This document shows positions 30,101 to 42,371 of a stretch of DNA of 64,000 nucleotides, in pieces. Under the pieces are notes generated by a model. It was not told where the DNA came from. It made no database searches and saw nothing but the letters and a program-made list of their open reading frames with translations. The stretch spans positions 4,162,954-4,226,953 of the forward strand of contig CM120644.1 of assembly GCA_051362555.1 (NCBI GenBank), given 5' to 3'. The translations under genes were made by a program, and so were the position numbers. The DNA comes from Lingula anatina. Taxonomy: Eukaryota; Animalia; Brachiopoda. The stretch's first letter is position 1, and each line of letters starts with the position of its first letter.

Positions 30101-32295
30101 TCAACTAGGTAAAGTATCTTCAGTCTCACCAACTCACACACTGGCAACGGGAGTTCTTCCAACTTGTTATCTGACAGGTCCAATTCTTGCAGATTCTTAA
30201 GTTGTGTTATCTGAGGTGGTACTGTAGTGATTTGGTTATTTTCTAGGTGAAGTGTCTCCAGTCTCACCAACTCACACACTGGCAAAGGGAGTTCTTCCAA
30301 CTTGTTATCTGACAGGTACAATTCTTGCAGATTCTTAAGTTGTGTTATCTGAGGTGGTACTGTAGTGATTTGGTTATTAACTAGGTGAAGTGTCTCCAGT
30401 CTCACCAACTCACACACTGGCAAAGGGAGTTCTTCCAACTTGTTGCTGAACAGGAGCAATCTTTTCAGATTCTTAAGTTGTGATATCTCGGGTGGTACTG
30501 TAGTGATTTGGTTACCATATAGTTCAAGTGTCTCCAGTCTCACCAACTCACACACTGGCAACGGTAGTTCTTCCAACTTGTTACTGGCCAGTTCCAATTT
30601 TTTCAGATTCTTAAGCTGTGATATCTGAGGTGGTATTGTAGTGATTTCGTTTATCGAAAATGAAAGTTTCTCCAGTCTCACCAACTCACACACTGGCAAC
30701 GGTAGTTCTTCCAACTTGTTATTGGACAGTTTCAATTTTTTCAGATTCTTAAGTTGTGATATCTCGGGTGGTACTGTAGTGATTTGGTTACCATATAGTT
30801 CAAGTGTCTCCAGTCTCACCAACTCACACACTGGCAACGGTAGTTCTTCCAACTTGTTACTGGCCAGTTCCAATTTTTTCAGATTCTTAAGCTGTGATAT
30901 CTGAGGTGGTATTGTAGTGATTTTGTTTATCGAAAATGAAAGTTTCTCCAGTCTCACCAACTCACACACTGGCAACGGGAGTTCTTCCAACTTGATATAG
31001 GACAGGGCCAAAAGTTTCAGCTTCTTAAGTTGTGATATCTGAGGTGGAACTGTAGTGATTTGGTTATTATGTAGGACAAGTGTCTCCAGTCTCACCAACC
31101 CACACACTGGCAACGGGAGTTCTTCCAACTTGTTATCTGATAGGTCCAATTCTTGCAGATTCTTAAGTTGTGATATCTGAGGTGGAACTGTAGTGATTTG
31201 GTTATTATGTAGGTAAAGTGTCTCCAGTCTCTCCAACTCACACACTGGCAACGGGAGTTCTTCCAACTTGTTATTGGACAGGTTCAAATGTTTCACGTTC
31301 TTAAGTTGTAATATCTCGGGTGGTAATGTAGTGATTTGGTTATCCTGTAGGTCAAGTTTCTCCAAACTCACCAACTCACAGACTGGCAAGGGAATTTCTC
31401 CCAACTTGTTTTGGGATAGATTTAAAATCTTCATATCCTTAAGTTCTGTAATTTCAGGTGGCACTATAGTGATATCGTTTTCTGAGAGGTCAAGGGATTC
31501 TAATGCCTTTAGTTTACACAGAGATGGTTGGAATTTTTTCAAACTATTCGAAGACAGGCTTAACTCCTTTAAGTTTTGAAGTAATGTTATCTTTTTGGGC
31601 ACTGATACACAACCTGTTTTCTTCATGGAAATGTTTTCCAGAGTTTTTATTTCACACACTTCAAGAGGGAATTCTTCTAAGGGGTTGCTGGAGAGGTCTA
31701 ACATCTTTAAGCTATGTAATTGCTCAAGCCGTGGCGTGATGGATGTTATTTTGTTCTCTTTTAGATCAAGCTCCCTCAGATTCTCCAGGTCACATAATGG
31801 AAGTGGAAGGTCTGTTAATTGGTTTTGGGACAAGTTAAGTTTTTTCAGACGCTGGGGCATGGTTATGCCTGGCGATATTGTACTAATACTTAAATTAGAC
31901 ATGTCTAACTCTTCTAAGGTCTCCAATCTACATATTTTCACAATTTGTTCCTTGTCCAATTGATTGTTATTGGAAACATCAAGCATTCTTAGGTTTTTAC
32001 AACGTGATAGGCTCTCAGGAATTCTGCATCCTAACCCTTTAAGGTTTAAGTCTGTCCACGTTTCTACCTGGTCCGTGCCTGGTCCTTGATAATTTGGATC
32101 TTCTTCAAGTTTTTTAAGGATATCTAGTTTATCTTTGTCTCCATCAAAGGTCTGGTGAGCATCGTCTTGGTGTGTTAAGTTTTCATTCGCGTCACCAAAA
32201 GATAGGGTATTATTATCGTTTTCACCACCTTGGATTTGGTGCGCATCCTCTCGGCAATATAATATCTCAAACAAACCATCTTCAGATGATGCCAT
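26898..32295 (-). CDS. MFHAS1-like Roco protein (LRR array-ROC GTPase-COR) with two C-terminal CARD/death-fold-like domains; exons 32295-27930, 27708-27438, 27144-26898 (about 1627 aa)
   Basis: The ATG at 32295 (AAAATGG) lies just after a splice acceptor at 32303-32304. More than 30 23-aa LRRs precede the ROC motifs GETCAGKTSL (P-loop), DFGGHEVY (G3) and LVGSHAD (G4), then COR-like ILPETW and FLRDTGVVLWF and a CPHC motif. Donor GAAG|GTACAT at 27930 joins in phase 1 to exon 27708-27438; AG|GTAGGT then joins in phase 2 to exon 27144-26898. Total 4884 nt, open frame. Confidence 0.88.
27438..27708 (-). CDS. Roco exon encoding the first CARD/death-fold-like domain
   Basis: About 90 aa of helical sequence (..LSKIISRLGETGILSEEEKAEIL..LSDFLKGKNDFAFYEFCGALHDSGHPETARML) with a CARD-like residue pattern; canonical splice sites in phase with both neighbours. 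Confidence 0.72.
29750..31440 (-). repeat. Intra-exonic tandem array of 138-bp (2 x 23 aa LRR) units, 11 near-identical copies
   Basis: The motif ttccaacttg recurs at exact 138-bp spacing from 29881 to 31261; NKLEELPLPVCELVRL and NQITTVPP are almost invariant. Confidence 0.97.
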
Positions 32296-32511
32296 TTTGA
32301 TTCTACAGGTGAAATTGACAACAAGTGACAAAAATCAGAACAAGGCAGCTATTGGTTCTATCGGTAACAAAAGATGATGGGTAAACTCCCTATCTGAGAC
32401 ATCAATTAAATGCACAACACACAATGCACAATGCACTTCCTGTACTCGATTGCATTTCTAAAGGTTGGGGTGTACTAGCAAACATATATATACAGGTAGG
32501 TATTTCCTTAC

Positions 32512-33032
32512 TGCCTTCTTGCACAGGTGAAATTCATTAACTCACACAAGCAGAGTGAAGTTTATTGTATCTTTTCACTGGGCTGAGTGTTGGTTCCTTG
32601 ATTGTTATCAAGCCACAAAGGCGTTGATATATCTGCTGTCTCTCTGCACTTAACTGAGTGTTAGTTCATTTTCTTTTCTTTGCTAGCACACAGAGGTACT
32701 GAAATGTCCACTGTTTCCCTGCCCTGGGTTGTCTTGAATCTGCTACCGTTTTCTAAAGTCAATTATTGACTGCTGCCTTGAATCTTTTGCTTATTGATCA
32801 GTTTCTGTACGGCAAATGCTCGAAATTGAAATCTTCTCCTTCAAATAGAAGCTGGCGTGAATTCACTTTTCAGCTTGCAGGTCGTAAGCCACTGTGCAAT
32901 ACTGTGCTTGATGGCATTATGATAATCGTCTTATACCCTTATTTAATCGATGAGTTTATAATTAATAGTCTCATAAAAAGGCCATTGGTGTTTCAATCCT
33001 CAGTGTCTAAAGAAACGGTTTGAAATGATAAC
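32512..33032 (-). other. Candidate non-coding 5' UTR exon of the Roco gene
   Basis: Bounded on - by a tttcctttag acceptor (about 33033) and a GCA|GTAAGG donor (32511); no long open frame. The acceptor just before the ATG requires an upstream exon. Confidence 0.35.
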
Positions 33033-34672
33033 CTAAAGGAAAAAACGACAGAAGTTTTATAATCTGACTGAAATAATATATCAATCTCTGGAAAGGAAAA
33101 GTGTTTACCTGTTTATAGGTTTTGTAGAAACGAATGCATATGCTTCACCTTTACACATTTATCCACATAAAGTAGCTATGTTTCTATGGTGGTTTTGAAC
33201 AAGCATACGGATCATGTTGTCCACAACAAGGAAAACAAACTAATAGTGTCAAAGTCAGGCTATTAGAATATAATATACCAAACGCACCAAGGTGTAATAA
33301 CCAGTCGGTGGTTATACACTTGTTCTAAGAGTTACTTTTTCACCAATAAGTCAACTGAGACAGGCAGGTATAGATTTCTGCTACATGATTTATTCAAGCG
33401 ACTGAAGACTCAGGTCTCTTCTACCGTATCTATAACTATCTCAAACTCTCTCAGTCTGTAAGTCTGTAAGTCTCTCTGTGGCTCAGTCACTGCCTTTATA
33501 CTCTATCTTAATTAGCATTTCAAATTACCTTTCATTACTGACATGAAACATGACATGCCTATTTGCATTAACTTAATTGTAGATACATTAAAATTAAATA
33601 TTGATTTGCATTTTAAATGGACTTCTCTTGAACTGCCATGCAACATGTCATGTCTATATACATTTGAATAATTAAAACGTACACATATATACATATCTCA
33701 TGTATGCAAATTTAGAAGACTATTAGTTCTAATTAACATTTCACTACAAAGGCCAGCAGTGCCTGCTTAGGGACCACGCGTTGGTAATTAATGTGTTTAT
33801 TCATATACTGAATCTCATAGCCTAAATGTAATAAAAGGTGGGTTAACATAATCCTTAAATCTGCACGATCTTCAGCTATGCATACTTGGTAATCGGATTT
33901 GCTATGCATGAACACAACATATACTAATTACATCTCGAAATAGCATGCAGTTACATACATTAACACGTGTGGCAGGTGTATAAATGTTTAGGGTGTCATT
34001 TTTGCGGTAATTACAAGTAATCTAGAAGAAAGGCAAAAAGGAATAAAAAGAACATCACATATTGACAGCGTTAATGCCTTCCCAACAAATCAACAACTGT
34101 ACAAAAATGAGCTCATCCAATCTACTGAAAATAGAGTCAACCTCCTCAACTGGAGGACTATGATCGTCGATGCCTGCGCCAGGCCTGACACATGATGATT
34201 AGTAAGCATACATAAATTTGCAGAGTGTATGGAGTTAAGAACGTCAGTACAAAAGAGGTTGCTAACCCCTTCCTGGCCAGAAGGCCCAAATAAGCCTGAT
34301 GGTGGGGGAGGGGGCGGGGGTAGTCAGAAGACCTGTGAAGGTCCGTATAAATAGAGTTACCTTTAAAAGTTATACTTTAAATAATTTTAACCAATCATCA
34401 TGAAATTTGTCAAATTCGCACAGGGCCTTAATGGCAGACAACATGAAAGCCAAAAGCCGTTGAATCTTTTAATAGAAATCTTTAAAACCTTGGGTTGGGG
34501 AGGGAGAATTCTCGGGGGGGGGGGGGGGGGGGGTGCCTTGGGGTAGGAATTTAGGAATTATCTGGGAGAGATTGTCTTAAAATCCATGGATGGCTTGAAC
34601 GGAGCATTTATTTTCAGAATAACTGCTCAACTAATTATTTTTCATCAAAGTACAAAAATCTAACACAATATA

Positions 34673-35373
34673 CAGCATTGGTCAAAAAGGTTTTCCCACC
34701 CCTATTTCCATGTACTTTTATTTACAAATGATCACCTCACCGCTGTGAACTGTTAAAAATAGTGCTTTTTATTACGGATACCGTGTCTAACATGATTAAT
34801 GGTTTAAAAAATACAAAATAGTGGTGAAAATATACACATTTTATACCATTTAGTAAAATTTATAAGAGGTACCCCCTCAAATCGACTGTTTCACTGTGAC
34901 TTCTACAGATGTAACGAAATGTCTATAAAATTGAAAAGACGCCATCAAATGTCACCAAATTCACACACAATTAGCATTAGAGTGTGCTCGTTAAAGATCA
35001 CGTGCCTAACAGCGTGTGCTTATACCGCGTACTGCAATTATCTCCTGTAGACGGCGCGACAAGCCTTCAACACGGGTTACAATTCTGTTTTGTGGGATAT
35101 TGTCCCATTCATCCTAAAGAGCGTGGCGGAATTGGTCAAATTATTTAGGAATTGGTTCTCCTCAACAATGCACATTCCTCTTATAAATTTTACTAAATGG
35201 TATAAAATGTGTATATTTTCACCACTATTTTGTATTTTTTAAACCATTAATCATGTTAGACACGGTATCCGTAATAAAAAACACTATTTTTAACAGTTCA
35301 CAGCGGTGAGGTGATCATTTGTAAATAAAAGTACATGGAAATAGGGGTGGGAAAACCTTTTTGACCAATGCTG
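34673..35373. mobile_element. Tc1/mariner-type MITE with 197-bp TIRs
   Basis: 34673-34869 and 35177-35373 are near-perfect inverted repeats with CAG...CTG ends, flanked by TA on both sides. Confidence 0.9.
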
Positions 35374-35417
35374 TATATGATGTATGTTGAATAAAATGCA
35401 ATGTTACTGAAAAAAAA

Positions 35418-35419
<2 letters not shown>

Positions 35420-35493
<74 letters not shown>
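35420..35493. repeat. (TA)n microsatellite; another at about 52427-52488
   Basis: Read directly from the sequence. Confidence 0.95.
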
Positions 35494-35495
<2 letters not shown>

Positions 35496-35699
35496 TTTAG
35501 AAGCTGTTGGAGCCATCTGTTAGAGTCATCTGTTGGAGTCATCTATGAAAATAAGTCAACAGAATTTATTCAAATGAGCAGCAAGATAAATAGTTTCGAA
35601 GGTTATTGCTCCACCTACCTGATAATGTCACCACGTCACCTTGGCTTTGTCCCTCTGTTCCTGAGTTTCTTTCTCATTCAAAGCAGCAAATGTTACATT

Positions 35700-36050
35700 G
35701 CAGACAGCTTCTATAAATGTAAATGCTTCAAAGTCCATATGGCCGTGGTGCCCTTCCTTTATAAGTGGTCTCCATCTGAAAAACAGTTTTGATACATTCA
35801 ATATTATCTCTCAAATAATCCTGTCTGGTCTGTCAGAACTATCAGAACTATGCGCCAGCGCAGTGTTCCAGTAGGAAGTGTATTGAGATCTCTCTCTTTG
35901 CACCGGTATGTAGAAAACCTATAGTGACAAGGCATTTATGGTAATGGGTCCAGCTGAATGGAACATACTGCCGCTTAAATTACACCAAATATATATAGCA
36001 TCAAAATACGGTTTTAAAAGAGAACTCAAAACATATCTTTTTAAGGATTT
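35700..36050 (+). mobile_element. Decayed 3' fragment of an L2/CR1-like LINE ORF2
   Basis: KTYSDKAFMVMGPAEWNILPLKLHQ..GFKRELKTYLFK resembles the C-terminus of L2/CR1 reverse transcriptase ORFs. Confidence 0.6.
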
Positions 36051-36999
36051 TGATAATTGAACTTCTTTAAAGTGTCAAAAGCTAATGTTATTCTAAATCT
36101 AATCTTTTATTTAATGTCTTGATGGTTTTACATCTTTTCCAAAGAAATATTAAAATTGTTTCAATTGTAAAACTATTAATTTTAAGTGCAGCCTTCAATT
36201 TGATGCCTTAACTATGGTTTTATAACTTGTTTGAAATACTGGAATATTTAAACGTTTTATCATTGTAAGGTCCATGGAACTTTTAGGGTTTTTAGAATTT
36301 AAATAAATTAATTTTATTAGTGGAGATCACGTGCTTCCGCGGAAATGACTTCCCCCACGTACATTAATGATCTATACTCAGCTATTTATTCCCTGAAAAA
36401 TTATATTCCTTGTAAAATTGTAGTATTTCTTTAACAAAATGTAAAATTATATACCCAATATCATGACCTTGGTTTATATATTGACAAAGTCTATGGACAA
36501 ACAAATATTCAACATTTGGAAATCATGCATGTTTTACACCAGAAATATTGTGATATTGATATATCATCTCAGTGACTATTACTCCGCCACTATCATGCAT
36601 GTTAGTTCCTTTAAGACACATCTATACTCCCAAACGGCTTTGCTGGCTAGTTATAATGGTACAACTGATAATTAAAGCGTATACATGTATGTAACTCCAT
36701 ACCGTTTTAACGTTCATGTATAGCTTCTCATCTCATGCCCCCAACCCTCGTATAAATTAGGACAGACTTATCTCATAATGGGGCAGTGTTTTTAAAGTTG
36801 GCGTGAGTCTCAAATGAAAATTCACTTTCAGATGAAAAAACTCATCTTTTTCTATATTCTGTAAAAAAAACCCTGAAAATGTATTCGAATTGTTTTAAAA
36901 GTAGTAGAAAAGCTAAGTTTAAATAAGCTCCAATCTTTTCACATGGGTAGAAAATAGCCTTCCCGCATCAGCCGGTTTCACATATAAAAGATGTTGTTT

Positions 37000-38590
37000 T
37001 TCAAACTAAGTGAACCGTTCAACAAACATACGGTAGGCAATGGCAACCAAACTAAAGTAAGTGCACTAGATAATAAAGTACAAATAAAAGGTAGAGAAGC
37101 TTTTCATTCCACTCTTTGTATTTCAGGTCACCACTGTTAACAAAACCGGCTCTGAATAAGCGTTGTATTACAGAGGTTGTTTGCATTACCCCACAGACGG
37201 GACATATGTCTGCAAAGAACACATAACCTTCAACGGGAGTTTCTTTTAACATGAGTTTTGCTCTGCCGCACATTGCCTTCATCCCCTTTTTTTTAATAAA
37301 ATGGATCCTCTTCTACAACACTATATCGTAGTATTACCACGATTTTGTTACGTTGTTCGCGGTGGTGAGGTATATATAATTGATCAACACGAGTCCAGAG
37401 TCCGGTTGAATATAGTGGTTTTATTCTTTCCTATTAGATGATTTCTTTACACATATATTGCGGAAGGATCTAAAACACGGTGATAGTCTTTCTTCTGTGC
37501 TTCTTGAATAGCTGTGAGAAATAGAAGATATCTCTACTGATATTACTGCTACATGTATTACTGCTAAGTGGTGGGTGTGGACTTTATACACACATGCCAC
37601 GTGCTATTAATTCAGACAGATTTCCCGAAAGTCACCTACTAGAAACTTACACTAATATTTACTTATAGCTTCAGCTTTCATAGTAACAAATACAGAATAT
37701 ACCATAGTTTGATACCTGATACATGTACTTCATTGTGTCGAGTTAGGGGTTTGCCTATTATTTCTTTTATTATACCTATAACGTTCATCTTTGGGATGCT
37801 TGGAGATGGTGCGGTTTGGCAATATTCAGTTTTTCAGGTGTACATGTTACATGAGGTGTACACGCTAGCTCTAAACAATAACATTGAAGATATAAATACT
37901 ACAAAACATAACGAGATAAACTGCATAAATAAAATCGTTATATCAGTAGCTTTGTTTTTGTTTTGATTTTTTTCGGGGGGGGGGGGGTAAAGATTTGTTT
38001 TAAACTGTTTAGTTGTTATACAGTTAACCAAGGTTCCTACGCCCGATAAGAGTCCTCTCAAACTGATGTATTCAATGGCTGTTACACATGTATATGGTAC
38101 AGTGGGTAGACATATAGCTGCCTTAGCTGCACCTAAAATAGTATGGGTCAGACCTGAGCATATTTTCATTTAACATGATCAGCCCAGGCCAGGAAAGGGG
38201 GAGTCGAAACCGAATTAAAGAATTATATTCTTCAAATGCTATATAATACTCAGTCTATTAAAAGAAGAAAGCATTTGGTATCAGACCGATGAAACATTTG
38301 GAATAGTTAATAAAAATAAAATAACCTATAGTACGAGTATACCGCTTCTTAACATTGTCGATTATTCATATATACTCTTTTTCTTCTCTGCTTAGTTTAA
38401 TCGAGTAACAATGATACTAACCGGTCTTGTACAACCTTGTTGATCACGAGGTTAATGGCGGAAGACGCATCAGGCATGGTGTTTCTCGTTCGTCCCTGCT
38501 AATCTTCCTTGTCGTTTTGTTAAGTGACCTCGTTTAATATATTTGGATGAAGCGCCCTCTCTCGGGACGAAATGCATTTTGTTTTCAAGG
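37000..38590 (+). pseudogene. Decayed coding-like segment, copy A of three (others: 39310-39530; and 42200-42371 + 44681-44902 + 46990-47830)
   Basis: The copies align by eye, and many differences are synonymous or conservative in one + frame (CLHYPTDGTYVCKE(H/Y)ITFNG; KI(V/I)W(V/L)RPEH; LLSDLV.Y(I/V)WMKRP). All copies contain stops. Family not recognised. Confidence 0.45.
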
Positions 38591-39544
38591 TTAAACTTAA
38601 AAGGACCAGAAACATTACTTCAATAAAACCACAAGGGATCTAAAATTCAATCTTAACTGGACCCAACGCTTGGGAGGATTATATCATTTGGCATGCATCT
38701 TGATTATGTCCTGGGTCATGCGTTCGTCACTTTAAATAATTAGACATAATTAGAGATCAGTGATTGGAATACTGTGACGGTATCACACAGTTGGCGTCAC
38801 CTGAACATTGTATGGCTTTCATTACCAATTTGTATTTTGCTCTGTTCATAACTTGGAATTTTTGCCTATGTATAGGCCTACTTTCGCGTGTATAAATCTA
38901 CTTTGTCATATTAAATAAAACAAACGCATGCAATCGCCTGTTGAAATGATTTTTTGTACAAGCCCTTCGTCAAGCAGGTAGCTTCAGAAAATATCGTCAT
39001 CGTTTGCGGCCTTTACCTTTCAGAAAATGTAACCTCCACTTTGATCACGGCTACATATCTAACAATATACACCGATGTACGTTTTTGAAACCAGTTTTCA
39101 TCAAACTTAAAAATGTGATCTCCACTGGAAATTATTGTTCAAAATGTTGTTAAGCAGGGTCTGTATTCAGAAAAGCCCTGTACAAATAAACTCAAACTGA
39201 ATCTTTCTTTGCATCGGCAGACAATAGCCTCTCTGAGTCAGCCGGCTTCATGCATGGAATATCCTCTATAGCGGTGTCATAGAGCGGTGTCATAGTATCC
39301 TCTATGGGGTTATTTTTTCAAACTATTGTTCAACAAACATAAACTGGGGGAACTGACAGCCAAACTAAAGTAGATTCACTAGATTATATAGTCCACATAA
39401 AAGATATAGAAGCTTTTCAATCCAAGCTTTGTATGCTAGGTCATCACTGCTAACAAAAACTGACGCTGAACAAGCGTTGTTATAGCTGCGGCTGTTTGCC
39501 TTGCTCTATGGTACATTATATGGCCTTCATCTCTCTTTTCTTTT

Positions 39545-41875
39545 TGAGACACGGCACCTAAAAATTGGGTTTCTGGGAGTCGTATATCAATTTTCAGATA
39601 TTTTCATCTACCTAAGTGTAAATATTTTCGGAATTAACAAGTCTAACAACCAAACTGCAAGCGTATGGGCCTTATTTTTGCTCATTTTTATGAACAAGGT
39701 GGAACTTATTAAAAAATGACCAGGTTATCTCGTAATTAGCGCAAATTGACGCTGCTCAAATTCCGGTATCAATCCAGGAATCGTAATGAATTTGATATGG
39801 TATGAAACGTCAATCACTCGTTGTTTCATGCCATATTCCCCTATATGACTGCTATTTATAGTATTCTACTTCTATGGTAATACACAAAACGAAAGTAAAA
39901 CGGGGACAGTTGAGGGAACATCGCAAGGGAAGATCTCTCGCTGTCGTAGTACCCTGTATCACTAGTACTAGTAGTAGCAGTAACTTTGACTCATGTGTTA
40001 ACAATACTGCCAATACCTCTCAATCAAACACTTGCAGGTCGATTATAGATATTTGCTCAACTTAATGACTTTCTGTCTGATTTGTTGTGTCCTCAGTGCT
40101 CTACTGACACCCTGAGTGTTAACATAAGTAGGCAGAGCTATGGGTTCAGTAATCCTTCGCAAATAAAATGTCACACCCCTGTAAATTCAAGGAGGTATTT
40201 TCTAACAGAATAGGAGGATCTACTGTTAGGTTGTGAGGTAATGTTAGGTTTGAGATCAAAGACCTCAAGGTACTCTCTGTACATGAGTTAGGTGCAGGTT
40301 ATGGGAACATGCATTGATGTCCTCACAGGATATGTAATCGATTATGAAGTGCTCTCAAAGTACTGTCATGCATGTGCCATTAGTAAAATAAATTAAAAAC
40401 AAAGGTAATAACCCAACAGCAGTTTGATGAATGGATGATAGAGCATGTCGGTGACCAGTGCTCGAAGAATTTTGGAGACTCTTCTAAGGTCATGGAGAAA
40501 GAGGCAGCTCTTCGGATATGGAACAAATCTCCGCAGTTAGGCTTGAGATATACCAAAATGCTGTTAGATGGAGGTTCTGTGGCCTATTCAGCAGTCTGCC
40601 ATGTCAAACCCTATGGAGACCAAGTCACCATATCCAAGCTAGAATCATGCACCTGGGAGAATGAGCACTGCTCTGTGGGCAATGTCAAAAGAAGTGCGTC
40701 TAGGAGGCAGAGCACCAGGAGTTTTAAAAGTTTTAAAAATGCCAAAGCTACATAATTACTATAGGGGACCAATTTTGAGTAATCTGCATAACATCATGGA
40801 AATGTAGGATGTCATATGTGCCACTTTGTTTCACTCTATGTCCACTGATGATGGCCCACATCACAGCAGATGCCCGGGTGAGGACACATGGTGTTTTTAC
40901 AACAGAGCTATAGCTTAAGGGGATGAGCCCCCACCACATGAAGGAAAAAAATCTACCTATATGTCTTATAAATCAGCCCTAGCCCTTGTGCCTATTTATA
41001 AAAGAATGACCGATGAAAATTTGCTTAAAATGACCCATGAGAAAACCAGTAATGCCAATGAATCTCTAAATAATTGATAATCTAATCTGGGATCATTGTC
41101 CCCAAACCGTGTTTGTTGGGATGAACAGAGTGGACTCTGCAGTTGCCCTAGCTGTTGGTAAGCTCAATAGAGGTAACATGCATTTTGTTCAAGTCATGCT
41201 TAACATGGTTGTAGAACCAACAGAAATCTGCATGGCCTCTATGGCTAGGGCAGATGAGCTGCGAATGAAAAAGAGCCACTACCGGGCATGCCAGTAGAGG
41301 AAAGCCAAGCACACTATTCATTCACTATGTAAATAAAACTTTAAAATGTAAAAATCTCGAAATTGCGCTTTTGGTCTGAATCGTAAAATTCATGAGCTAA
41401 TATCTTAGAACTGGCTTGTTATGTCTGAATAAAACTTGGGAACTATGTGTGTTATGCTTCTTTCTTCATTTTGTCAGAAGGAATTTTTATTTGAAAGTAA
41501 GGGGTCAATTTTATAGGTCATTTTGTATCAGTAAGCGCTACAAAAGACAGAAAGATTTTTAAAAAAATCAATTAATTTTATTATTAATTCAAAATTTGGG
41601 AATTTCTTCTGCCAAAAATTATTTCAAGTTGTTTTCTGCAAAAATAATAAAAAAACAACAGAATTTAAAGAGGTGTTATGGTATTTGAGATATAATCATT
41701 TTAATTTTCGTCCCCAAAATATGCATACTTTGTATAATTAACCTAATTTGCATATGAAAATGAGCTTTTCAAATTGTTATTTTCAATATTTTTCATCATA
41801 CCCTGACATTTGGTAAACATTTTGAGGTGTCTCAGCTAGGTCCAAAAATATCAATTTTAGGTGTAGAGTCTCACC
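39545..41875 (+). mobile_element. Fossil DNA transposon with a Mutator-like transposase domain and TTAA end (Kolobok-like)
   Basis: Broken transposase pieces: CIDVLTGYVIDYEVLSKYCHAC, CSKNFGDSSKVMEKEAALRIW..LRYTKMLLDGGS..PYG, HSMSTDDGPHHSRCPGEDTWC and CPQTVFVG. The right end is ..gtgtagagtctcacc|TTAA; an eroded inverted match lies at about 39545. Confidence 0.75.
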
Positions 41876-42371
41876 TTAACAAAGTAAGTACAAATTACAC
41901 GATGAATGGTTCATAAATGACCACAACTACATATGTCACATGCAACAGGTCCTTTTTGTATTTTTATGTTATATGATAAATTTTGAAAAACCAAAAAGAC
42001 AAACATTGCCAGATAGATCATTGTGTCACACGGAACGGTCCGCACAGTTTTACAGAGTTATGCCTAGACTTATATACCAACATAGGTGGCCACACTGAAT
42101 GTATCGAAATCTTACCACCAGGGCACAGAACTCACTCTCCTTCCAAGTATGCATCTGCAACTAAACAAAAAACACCCAGTCCGTTCAAAATGAGGGTCAA
42201 ATTGCCACCAGAACGCGTTTTTCAAGGCTCTTAGCGAACATCAAACCGTTTTAGCAGGTTAGAATACCAACGACCTCTGAAAAGGCCACTGTAAACAGCA
42301 AAACATCGTCGCCTGTTTCTTTAATGAATTGGGGACCGTGGCCGTTTCTAGGAAGAACACCGAAACCGCGT

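Noticed and set aside
29750-31440. CRISPR-like pattern (constant repeats with variable spacers) or a diversity-generating retroelement target
   Set aside because: The repeats are in-frame LRR coding units of a eukaryotic gene. No cas gene, intact reverse transcriptase or separate template repeat is in the window. Neighbouring adenines (AAC AAG, GAA GAA) are nearly invariant and one variable codon changes at T/C, so the variation is not adenine-specific.
27994-31963. Multiple + strand ORFs overlapping the Roco exon
   Set aside because: Antisense shadows of the long - strand ORF and its repeats.
32296-32331. N-terminal 12 aa of the 1470-aa ORF as listed
   Set aside because: It starts at a non-ATG codon inside an intron; an acceptor at 32303-32304 and the ATG at 32295 give the likely start.
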